A stretch of DNA of 64,000 nt from contig NC_088795.1 of the NCBI RefSeq assembly GCF_011386835.1, positions 91,140,001-91,204,000 on the forward strand, written 5' to 3'. Origin of the DNA: Chrysemys picta bellii (taxonomy: Eukaryota). Shown here piece after piece: positions 13,701 to 25,700 of this stretch (the stretch's first letter is position 1; each line of letters begins with the position of its first letter). The translations under genes and the position numbers were made by a program. The notes below the pieces were generated by a model, which worked only from the letters and a program-made list of their open reading frames with translations, did not search any database and was not told the DNA's origin.

Positions 13701-16700
13701 AGGAGTCAGGACCTGTTCAACTACAGGCTGAGCAAGTGCCGAATGGTGGTGGAATGTGCATTTGGACGTTTAAAAGCACGCTGGCGCAGCTTACTGACTC
13801 GCTCAGACCTCAGCGAAAAGAATATCCCCATTGTTATTGCTGCTTGCTGTGCGCTCCACAATATCTGTGAGAGTAAGGGGGAGACCTTTATGGCGGGGTG
13901 GGAGGTTGAGGCAACTCGCCTGGCCGCTGATTACGCGCAGCCAGACACCAGGGCGGTTAGAGGAGCACAGCAGGGCGCGGTGCGCATCAGAGAAGCTTTG
14001 AAAACGAGTTTTGTGACTGGCCAGGCTACTGTGTGAAACTTCTGTTTGTTTCTCCTTGATGAACCCTCCAAACCCCCCCCCCCCCCGACCCGGTTCACTC
14101 TACTTCCCTGTAAACCAACCACCCCACCCCACCCTCCCCTCCCCAATTCGAGCACCGCTTGCAGAGGCAATAAAGTCATTGTTTTTTCACATTCATGCAT
14201 TCTTTATTAGTTCCTCACAGAAGTAGGGGGATAATTGCCAAGGTAGCCTGGGATGGGTGGGGGAGGAGGGATGGAAAAGGACACACTGCATTTTAAAACT
14301 TTAACTCTTATTGAAGGCCAGCCTTCTGATGCTTGGGCGATCATCTGGGGTGGAGTGACTGGGTGGACGGAGGCCCCCCCACCGTGTTCTTGGGCGTCTT
14401 GGTGAGGAGGCTATGGAACTTGGGGAGGAGGGCTGTTGGTTACACAGGGGCTGTAACGGCGGTCTCTGCTCCTGCTGCCTTTCCTGCAGCTCAACCATAC
14501 ACTCGAGCATATCAGTTTGATGCTCCAGCAGACGGAGCATTGACTCTTGCCGTCTGTCTGCAAGCTGACGCCACCTATCGTCTTCAGCCCGCCACTTGCT
14601 CTTTTCATCCCGCCATTCAGCCCGCCACCTCTCCTCTCGTTCATATTGGGCTTTTCTCATCTCCGACATTGACTGCCTCCACGCATTCTGCTGTGCTCTA
14701 TCAGCGTGGGAGGACATCTGCAGCTCCGTGAACATATCGTCCCTCGTCCTACGTTTTCTCTTTCTAATGTTCACGAGCCTCTGCGAAGGAGAAACATTTG
14801 CAGCTGATGGAGGAGAAGGGAGAGGTGGTTAAAAAAGACACATTTTAGAGAACAATGGGTACACTCTTTCATTACAAGGTCGCATATTTCGGCTTGCAGG
14901 CAGCCATGGTAGGCCACAGTGTTTTGGCTTTTTTAACCTTTTTAACATGCGGGAAAGGTTGCAAACAGCAGCGCATTTCACATATCAAGGATGAATTGGG
15001 TTGTCCATTTAAAATGGGTTTTCAATGTAAAAGGAGGGGCTGCAGTTTCCCGGTTAACATGCGGCACAAACACAAGTAAACCACCCCCCCCACACACACA
15101 CACGATTCTCTGGGATGATCACTTCACCCCTCCCCTCCACCGCGTGGTTAACAGCGGGGAACATTTCTGTTCAGAAGAGCAGGAACGGGCGCCTCTGAAT
15201 GTCCCCTTAATAAAATCACCCCATTTCAACCAGGAGAGCTTTCTGGAGATGTCCCTGGAGGATTTCCGCTCCATCCCCATACACGTTAACAGACTTTTCC
15301 AGTAGATATACTGGCCGCGATTGCCAGGGCAAATTAATCATTAAACACGCTTGCTTTTTTTTTGTAATGTTTACAAATATTTACAAAGTTACACTCACCA
15401 GAGGTCTCCTGTGTGCCCTGAGGGTCTTGGGTGAGTTCGGGGGTTACTGGTTCCAGGTCCAGGGTCACAAACATATCCTGGCTGTTGGGGAAACCGGTTT
15501 CTCCGCTTCCTTGCTGCTGTGAGCTACCTACAGTACCTCCATCGTCATCTTCCTCGTTCCCCGAACCGTCTTCCCTGTGTGTTTCTCCAGTGAGAGAGTC
15601 ATAGCACACGGTTGGGGTAGTGGTGGCTGCACCCCCTAGGATCGCATGCAGCTCCGCGTAGTAGCGGCAAGTTTGCGGCTCTGCAAATATCGTCCCTCGT
15701 CCTACGTTTTCTCTTTCTAATGTTCACGAGCCTCTGCGAAGGAGAAACATTTGCAGCTGGTGGAGGAGAAGGGAGAGGTGGTTAAAAAAGACACATTTTA
15801 GAGAACAATGGGTACACTCTTTCATTACAAGGTCGCATATTTCGGCTTGCAGGCAGCCATGGTAGGCCACAGTGTTTTGGCTTTTTTAACCTTTTTAACA
15901 TGCGGGAAAGGTTGCAAACAGCAGCGCATTTCACATATCAAGGATGAATTGGGTTGTCCATTTAAAATGGGTTTTCAATGTAAAAGGAGGGGCTGCAGTT
16001 TCCCGGTTAACATGCGGCACAAACACAAGTAAACCACCCCCCCCACACACACACACGATTCTCTGGGATGATCACTTCACCCCTCCCCTCCACCGCGTGG
16101 TTAACAGCGGGGAACATTTCTATTCAGAAGAGCAGGAACGGGCGCCTCTGAATGTCCCCTTAATAAAATCACCCCATTTCAACCAGGAGAGCTTTCTGGA
16201 GATGTCCCTGGAGGATTTCCGCTCCATCCCCATACACGTTAACAGACTTTTCCAGTAGATATACTGGCCGCGATTGCCAGGGCAAATTAATCATTAAACA
16301 CGCTTGCTTTTTTTTTGTAATGTTTACAAATATTTACAAAGTTACACTCACCAGAGGTCTCCTGTGTGCCCTGAGGGTCTTGGGTGAGTTCGGGGGTTAC
16401 TGGTTCCAGGTCCAGGGTCACAAACATATCCTGGCTGTTGGGGAAACCGGTTTCTCCGCTTCCTTGCTGCTGTGAGCTACCTACAGTACCTCCATCGTCA
16501 TCTTCCTCATTCCCCGAACCGTCTTCCCTGTGTGTTTCTCCAGTGAGAGAGTCATAGCACACGGTTGGGGTAGTGGTGGCTGCACCCCCTAGGATCGCAT
16601 GCAGCTCCGCGTAGTAGCGGCAAGTTTGCGGCTCTGCCCCGGACCTTCCGTTTGCTTCTCTGGCTTTGTGGTAAGCTTGCCGTAGCTCCTTAATTTTCAC

Positions 16701-19700
16701 GCGGCACTGCTGTGTGTCCCTGTTATGGCCTCGGTCCTTCATGGCCTTGGAGATCTTTTCTAATACTTTTCCATTTCTTTTACTGCCACGGAGTTCAGCT
16801 ATCACTGCTTCATCTCCCCATATGGCGAGCAGATCTCGTACCTCCCGTTCGGTCCATGCTGGAGCTCTTTTGCGATCCTGGTACTCCATCACGGTTACCT
16901 GTGCTGATGAGCTCTGCGTGGTCACCTGTGCTCTCCACGCTGAGCAAACAGGAAATGAAATTCAAACATTCGCGGGTCTTTTCCTGTCTACCTGGTCAGT
17001 GCATCTGAGTTGAGAGTGCTGTCCAGAGCGGTCACAATGAAGCACTGTGGGATAGCTCCCGGAGGCCAATAACGTCGAATTCCGTCCACACTACCCCAAT
17101 TCCGACCCGCAAAGGCCGGTTTTATCGCTAATTCCCTCGTCGGAGGTGGTGTAAAGAAACCGGTTTAAAGGACCCTTTAAGTCGAAAGAAAGGGCTTCGT
17201 TGTGTGGACATGTCCAGGCTTAATTCGGTTTAACGCTGCTAAAGTCGACCTAAACCCGTAGTGTAGACCAGGCCTAAGGTGCCACAAGTACTCCTGTTCT
17301 TATTGTTGAATCTGATCATGCTGTCCAGGAAGTTGATGCTGGTGTGGAAGCGTTTTAGAGATAGTTTGATCAATGGATGGTTCTGGTTGAAGTTGTGGTG
17401 AAAATCTATGAGGGAGTTGGATCTTCTGTCCAGAGTATGAAAATATCAATATATCTGTATCTCAGGTATATTGTTGGTTTTGTGGTGCATTTTTCCAGAT
17501 ATTCTTCCTCAAATGGGTCCATGAAAAGGTTGGTATATTGGGGAGCCATGCTAGTACCCATGACTGTTCCCACAGTTTGGACAAAGTGTTTGTTGTTAAA
17601 TGGGAAGTTGGCCTCATTGACGTAGTCATCACGTTTAAGGACTACAGCAACTCCCCCTTTGCTGGTTTGATCACTATCTGGTAGTTGGATTTTAGGGGCA
17701 GCATATCTGTCCTTTTGGTGATAGGAAGACTGTGGTGATGTAATGTTTGTGGAGGATTTCATTGTATCTTTTCATGAAGCAATTGATGTAATGATCCAGT
17801 GTTGGTTTCATCCACGGGGAGGGCCGGGGGGAGGGTGAGGGTGTCCAGTCAGATTCTTTTTTCTTATGACTGTCAGTGGGATTGTGGTAGTTGTGGGTGG
17901 CAGTGTTTTAATTGTGAAAGAATTCCTTGAGGAGGTGCATGGGTCTTACACATGCCTATCACGTGTGGTGTATTCATTCAGTGCATCAAAGCCCCAATAA
18001 CAGAGTGAAACAGACAATCCTGCTCTCAAATGAACTCACACAGAAAAAAAGATAAAAACACCCTGTCACCTATGGGCAGACCCTTTTCACAAAGCAGTTA
18101 CTCGGTATCTGATCTCTTAATACTTGTCCTCAAAGAAAACCGGCACAGTTCAAAAGTGAGCCTGGGAACTAAAATTCATAAGCCTGTTAGACATTAAAAT
18201 CCTGGACTCAGCCGGGACACTGGTTTTTTGGCTTATTACAACAATTTGTAATGCTCCCACATCACACCCCTTATGCATCATAATTTAACCCTCAATTGCA
18301 CAATTCTTTTTCAAGTGACTTCTTTCAACGTGCTTGCCCCTTATGCTTAACAATCTATCCCAACTTGTATCTAGTTCAGAGACTCTGATTTCCTTCCCCA
18401 GACCTGAAGAAGCGCTCTGTGTATCTCAAAAGCTTGTACCTTCTACAACAGAGGTTGATCCAATAAAAGATATTACTTCACCTATCTTGTCTCTTTTATG
18501 AAATATATATGCTAATTATTATTGCTTTTATATTAATCTCTATTGGTGCATGTTTCATCATGTAAGCCGCCTTTTCATTATATTGTTTCAGCAAAAAATC
18601 AATTAGAATTCTGTTGCCATATGCTGCGAGGAACAATAGACCCGAAAGAACCACCTACATATGAATATGTAAAGTTTATAGGAAATTTCAAGTCTTTGAA
18701 TAATGGTAAGAAATGCTTCACTGTAATGTGGCCAAAATTAAAGGCACTTTCCGAAGATTTATACATTAGGAAAGGTTTGTGAAAACTTAGTGATAATATT
18801 TAAAATATTTTGGTATTTATTTTGAAAGATACTAGACTATGATACAGGTTGTGTTGTTTATACTTAGCATTACTGAAAAAATAATACTTATTTATATATG
18901 GTATTATATTGTAAACAGTAATGTCTGAGCAGGTGAAAGTAAAATAAAAATAGTACCTTGCAGCTCTATAACACCTTCCATTAAAGAGTGTTAATGTTTG
19001 TAAAACACTTTAATAAACATTTTACACAAGAGGAGACGTGAGGTAAGGAAAAAAATAGGCCAGTGTTTTTAAGTGCCTAAATCCATATCTAGGTACATTA
19101 CTAATTAACGTGATTTTTTAGAGTTACTGAATACCTGCAGCTGTCATTGGCTTCCAGTGGGTTCAGAATTAGAACCTACGTCTCCACCTTACACTCAGTC
19201 CTGTGCTTTAATCAACAATTATCCTTCATAGAACACTCAGAACAAAACCACAGCAGCTGTTGTTTTTTTAAATATGGTATCAGAAGGGCAGGGGAATTTA
19301 TCTCTTAACTGCATGGTTTTTCCTGCAGAGTATGAGATAAATTGAGCTCTCAAAGGATAAATGTGTGGCTGAGGCTGCCTAAATTGTTATACGTTTTGTA
19401 AGCAAATAGAATGTTATAAATATTCTGCATTTGGAAGACAGTACAGGAGATAGAAAAGTCCTAAATGCTGTAGAACTTACCAGTTTTGACATGAAAATTA
19501 ACATAAAATATTCCATTAGGATATATTGTGTAACCCAGGTTATATTGGATTGGTATTATGTAGGAAAAAGATTTCAAGCAATGACGTTCTATAGGAGTGA
19601 CTTATTTGTTCTCTACTGGCTGTCTATACTTGATCATGTAGGAGGATTAGTGGGCCCCTGCGTTGTTCCATCAATAAACTGGGTGATGTTATCTTGAGCT

Positions 19701-22700
19701 GAGCAAAGTCTAGAAAAGAAAGCCTTACCTAAGGATTCAAGAGAAAAAGGTTACTGTAATACTTTTCTCTCATGACTTCATTGGGGCTAAAAATGACAAA
19801 ACCTGATGAAAAATTCAGAAATTTAAAACCATTTGTTAACAAGTAGTCTAAAATAATCTAATTAAAATAGGTATTAAGAAGCAATGCTATAGCTTTTATT
19901 GGTTTCCTAAAACCATCTGTTGTCCATGACTGTATTTAAGTAGCTGGACTCTAATTTTAGTTGTTAGAGAAGTCCCTTGCTGGTTTTGATAACATGGATA
20001 TGACTAGTACTATTAAATTATATGCCACATGTTTGTATTTTTAAATGTAGCTTTGCTCATAATTCATAGTAAATTTATAGTATCTTACAATAAGTTAATG
20101 TTGGGGGTTTTGCCAACTTTGTGCCGTCATGCACATTTTGTAACTAAGGCTATGTCTACACTACCACTTACATTGGTATTACTTATGTCACTCAGGGGTG
20201 TGAATAAGCCACCAGTGACCTAAGTGCCGGTGTGGACAGCACTATGTCTGTGGGAGAGTTTCTCCTGCCAACATAGTTACTGCTGCTCATTGGGGGTGGA
20301 TTAATTAAGTCTACGGGAGAGCTCTCTCCCATTGGCCTAGAGCAGCAACGCTTGAGAGCTTACAATGGCGCAGCTGCATCGATGTAGCTGTGCTGCTTTA
20401 TGGTCTCTAGTATAGCCATAGCTTAACTCTTCTCCCTCTCCATCTTTCCCCCACCCCATCTCCTTCAGTCCCCAACTCAGCGCACAACGGTTATGAAGGA
20501 ACTATCCAGCGGCCCCATCGGCCTTCATATGAAGACAGAGTTTGCTTTGTAGCTACAGTTAGGTTAGCTACACCTCAGTTTATCAAGGTACGTTTGGGAT
20601 TTTCCTCTGCACAAGTGAAAACAAGTGTTTACGACACTTGGTAAACACTTAAGTGTGCTTAGGTCATGAAACTTTCAATGTGACTATACCACTTTAAGTA
20701 CTGCTACAAACTTTTGATCCAAAACAATGCAGACATCTGGTCTGCACTGCTTTCACCTAGGAGTGTCCTCCACATTGCTGACAACATCAGAGAAGTTTTT
20801 TGTAGTTCATTACAGTTTGAAATAACCTCAAAAGCCATTGATTTCAGTGCATATTCCAGTATCATTAATATTGGGTTTGATTTTGATCTCACACCAGCAT
20901 TACTCATTGAAGTCAGTTGAGTTATGCCAGTTTAGAGCTAGTGCAGTTGAGATCAGATTTTGGCTCAGTCTGCTTTAAATACATAAAACAATGAAAGTGC
21001 CTAAAAAATAACTTTTAAAGCTACGTTCTTGTGGATTTATCAGCCTACTTTGAGTAAGTCTGAATTTCATAAGAGCTTCTAAATTAGAATAGAGCAGATT
21101 TGAGAGACTTGTTTGTTTGTTTTTTAGGAAATGTGCACTGTTGAAGAACCCAATGAAGAGTTCACATCTAGACATAGCTTAGAATGGAAGTTCCTATTCT
21201 TGGATCACAGGTGCCATTCCTTATAATAAAGTAGTACATAGTAGCATTCTGGCTGTAATCTTTAGAATACGCTAATCAGCACTGACTATTCATAAACTGA
21301 GTTGGGATTTGTGTGGGTTTTTATTATTATTTTGGAGAACATGTTGTAAACATGAACTAGAATGAGACTGATTTTATTGTTTTTATATGTAAAAATAAAG
21401 TAACATTAACTTCTATATTAATTAGGGCACCTCCAATAATAGGCTATTTACCATTCGAAGTTCTGGGGACATCGGGCTATGATTACTATCATGTAGATGA
21501 CCTAGAAAATCTGGCAAAATGTCACGAACACTGTAAGTAAATGTCAAAACTCGGTGCTACAAAAACCATCCTCAATGAAACATCTGTACGTTATGTGAAA
21601 GTCTTCTTAATTATACTGAATTGTGTGGAGAAGGCAGGATACTTACTGAAATCCTGCATCACTCAAGTGATATTTTCTGTGGCAAGACCACAGTTTCCTG
21701 CTACAAAATGTTTATGGTTCATTTATATACAGGCACCGGAGACGTGGTCTCATACCACAGCCTTCTATTATAAAGAAATTACAAAATCATGGCTGCTGTA
21801 GCTGAAAAAATTTGTAATATAACTTATTGAAAAGCCTTCTTTTCCATTGTTTGTAGTACTTGAAATAGAAGTTCCTCTTTTTCTTATCTTGTTTTTAGTC
21901 ATTATCCTAGTGTCAGTCAGATTCAGGTGAAGATCTCTTAGTTTAGATTTAGTGAATAATATAAATAATTGAATTACTACTGCGTCACAGAATTCACATA
22001 ACATGTGAAAGCAAAGAAGTCTTATTCTTTTTTATCTTCTAGTAATGCAATACGGGAAAGGGAAGTCATGTTATTACAGGTTCCTGACAAAGGGGCAGCA
22101 GTGGATTTGGCTACAAACACATTACTATATTACTTATCATCAGTGGAATTCCAGGCCAGAGTTTATTGTCTGTACACACACTGTAGTAAGGTAACAGTTG
22201 TTTTTTTATTAATTTTAGAGAAGCTCTCTTAATTGGCAACTGTATTGCTGATTTTTTAAAACATTGGAAAGATTTAACTAATAGTAGTTTGCAAAGACAT
22301 TGTGAAGCCTCTTGAGTGTTTATACCCTTTATTCCATGAGCAAAACAGCATGTCTGAGGAGGTCACATTTCAAGACATTATTGTAAAAAACATTTAGATG
22401 AGATATAATAAATGTGGTTTGTTCTTTTATAGTTATGCAGAAGTTCGAGCAGAAAGAAGGCGAGAACTTGGTATTGAAGAGTCTCTTCCAGAGATAGCAG
22501 CAAATAAAGTGAGCTTCCTAACTTTTTTTTATTATATGGTGTCCCTTTGTACTGCTGTATATTTGATTTTTTTAATCAAAGGTAGGAAAGTTTTTATCCT
22601 CTGCTGCTACAGCTAATGCGATGCTTTTTAACTATGAAATATTATCCCATGACTAAGAAGATGTAGGAAAGGTGACTGCTTCACAACGTACGACCTTGGA

Positions 22701-25700
22701 GTTCTTCTTTATTATTTTTAGGTTTATTAATGTATTACATAGCATACAGAGGCCCCAGTTAGGATTGGGGCCCCAAAGTGTTAAATACAGATACAAAGAT
22801 TGATGTAGTCCCATCCAGCTGAAAAAACAAGGAACAGATAAAGTAGGGAGAGGGAGGGAAATCAGCAGAAGGGGACAGCATAGCTCCATCACATGGCCTC
22901 CACCCACTTCTCAAGAGCATCCAGAAGTCTTTCTGGATGAATACCCTCCCGATGAGACTCTGAAGGTGTTCAGGATATTGGGCCTCAGAAAGGTAAGTCA
23001 GGGGCAGGCACTCATGATGTGCTCCCTTGGTAGTCTGGCAAATTTCCCAGTGGAAATCTGCTGCTTATGGCACAACTAACTATGCCTGCATGGCTTCTCG
23101 CTCCTCCGAGAGAGAGTGAGTTAACAGCAGTAGGAAGTGAGTTATGTTGCTGGAGAGGAAAGGAAGTCTGTGCAGCAGCACAGGACTGGCGCAGAACTCA
23201 GAGTTGCAGAATTTGCCTGCATATCTTTGGACTCTGGGTTTTTATGGCTTTGTCTCGCCTTTCTTTACATGTTACGAACCCTATAAATGGAAACTCCATA
23301 AACTTAAACTTGTAGAGTATAAAAGGACAAAACTTTTTCTGCAGATTTATCTGTCAGGGGGTTGATTGGCCCAGATGTTTTACTTTGCTAAGCTGTGTTT
23401 GCCAACTGAAATATTTATTGTCTATGTGCTGAGCCATCAAATAAAATGATTTTTATTTGTACCCCTTCAGAATCAGGACTCCGGATCTGATAATCATATA
23501 AACACAGTCAGCCTCAAAGAAGCATTGGAAAGATTTGATCACAGCGGTACACCTTCTGCTTCCTCCAGGAGTTCGAGGAAATCTTCGCATACTGCAGTCT
23601 CAGATCCATCATGTAAGTGCTAACCATTGAAAACGTAATTGCCTTATAAGAGGAGACTGTATCTGTCCTTTTTTACTGTGTTTTTATTGAAATAATGCAT
23701 TTTAAAACTTTTAAAATATTTTATTAATAATATATCTGAATGAAACACTGAATTTAAAAATGTCCCTCTCGATGGCTTAACTACCAGTAGTGCAGCAGCC
23801 TGAGGGCACCAGGTTTATCCAGAGAGTTCTACATTTAAATCTTGCCCAGTAGAAACCCATTGAAACATCTGATATTAAAATAAAATCTTATTTCATACTA
23901 TCAGGCCTATACAATTGATAAAAATGTACTTTTGAAAAATTTGCCTGAAGCTTTCACTCAGGCAAAACTCCTTTTGACTTCTTCGTGTATGGAGTTACAG
24001 GATCAGGCTTATCATTATTATTATTAACAAAATGTGTTTTCACTTTTACATTGATCATCATTAGCAACGCCAACAAAGATGACAATGGACACTAGCACTC
24101 CTCCAAGACAAAACTTATCTGGTCATGAAAAGACTGCACCAAGGAGGTCATCACTTAGTAGTCAGGTAACTCTTCAAAGGAGAGCCTCTGTGTAAAATCC
24201 ATTTATTTCACTTGTAAATGAAAATGTTTAAATCTACAGTAAACTTTACATTTTTTTCCTTAAAGCATAGAGTTTGAACTGGAAGTGAAAACATTTTCAG
24301 TCTGGCTACTTGATTGCTAAGATTGCATGATCAAGGTTACTTACACAAACGCTTATGCAGGTGTTTAATTTTACATGCTAAACTAAATGTGACTACTCAC
24401 ATGCATATAGTTAGGGTCCTACCAAATTCATGGTCCATTTTGGTCAATTTCATGGTCATAGGATTTTTAAAGTAGTCAGTTTCATGGATTCAGATGTTTA
24501 CATCTGAAATTTCACAGTGTTGTAACTGTGGGGGTCCTGACCCAAAAGGGGGGTCATGGGGAGGGGATCACGGGATTATCATCCTTACTTCTGTGCTGCT
24601 GCTGCTGGCAGGGGTGCTGCCTTCAGAGCTGGGCGGCCAGAGAACAGCAGCTGCCGACTGGGAGCCCAGCTCTAAAGCCAGCGCCGCCGTCAGCAGCAGC
24701 ACAGAATTGAGGGTCGCAGGGTATGGAGGGGGCTGTCGCTTTTGGAGGGTGCAGGACCAGCCTTATCGGTTGGCTATCGCCCAGGGCCCCATGGTCAGGG
24801 GGGCGCTGTTCCTCCCACACACACACAGCCAGCTCAAGGCCCCTTTAGCCCCTGAGCACTGTGCCTGGAGCTGGGGAGGGGCAGGACTGGGGGCACCACC
24901 GCCGGGGTCTCCTACTATGCACTGGGCTCCAGCTGCTAGTCCTAATGGGGCTGAGGAGGGATGGGACTTCCCCTTCCCCTTCCTGAGGCCAGGTCAAACC
25001 CACCTCCAGGAGTGTGCCACCCTTACTTCAGCACTGCCTTCAGAGCTGGACTCCCAGCCAGCAGCTGTGGAGCTTCCTGCAGCCAGGGGAGGTTCCCAGA
25101 GGTGGGTCTGACCCAGCCCTGGGGCTGGCCCCTGCAGGGAAAGAGGAAGTCCCAGCCCAGCCAGGACTAGCATCTGGAGCCCAGCACACAGTAGGAGCCC
25201 GCCTTCCCTACAGTAGCCAGATTTCTTGGGGGAAATGAGATTGCATGGTCCATAATGCATTTTTCATGGCTGTGAATTTGTTAGGGCCCTACATATAGGC
25301 CCCTACATGTGTTCATTGGGTGGTCACCTGCCATAACCCCCATCAGGGCCTTCGGGCAAGCCTGAAATTGGACCCCTGCCTCAGTGTCCCGTTTCAAGGA
25401 GCTTCTTGAGTAAGTCTCAAACACTTTTGTCTATTCATATGCCTCCTCAGGGTCTGGTTTATTAATTTTATTTTGAATGTTTATTAATTTATCAAGTCCT
25501 TCCTCAAGTTCATTGGTTTACCCCATTATCAGGTCACTTCCAGACCTTTCCGACCTGTAGTCTCAATCCCCAAGTTCCAGGTTTCTCTGATGGAGCCTAC
25601 TTGTTCCCAGCAGTCTCTCTAGTGCATTCTGGTCTCCCTGAGAATTCTCGCTCTGCAGTTTTCTGCTGCATTTTTATAGGTGAATGAGCTGGTCCTTGCT

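Larger units (their letters stand above)
10778..17274 (+). mobile_element. Full-length PIF/Harbinger DNA transposon (6497 bp)
   Basis: TAA TSD at 10775-10777 / 17275-17277; termini GGGTATGTCTACACTACG and (reverse complement) GGCCTGGTCTACACTACG; transposase plus convergent Myb/SANT gene. Confidence 0.96.

Noticed and set aside
14333-14832. + strand ORFs overlapping the Myb exon 2
   Set aside because: Antisense shadows of a real coding exon, with no recognisable features.
24494-25260. 205-aa and overlapping ORFs; similar cases at 27024-27431, 41855-43077 and 46928-47579
   Set aside because: They lie in GC-rich non-autonomous hAT-like elements, are low complexity and have no domain motifs.
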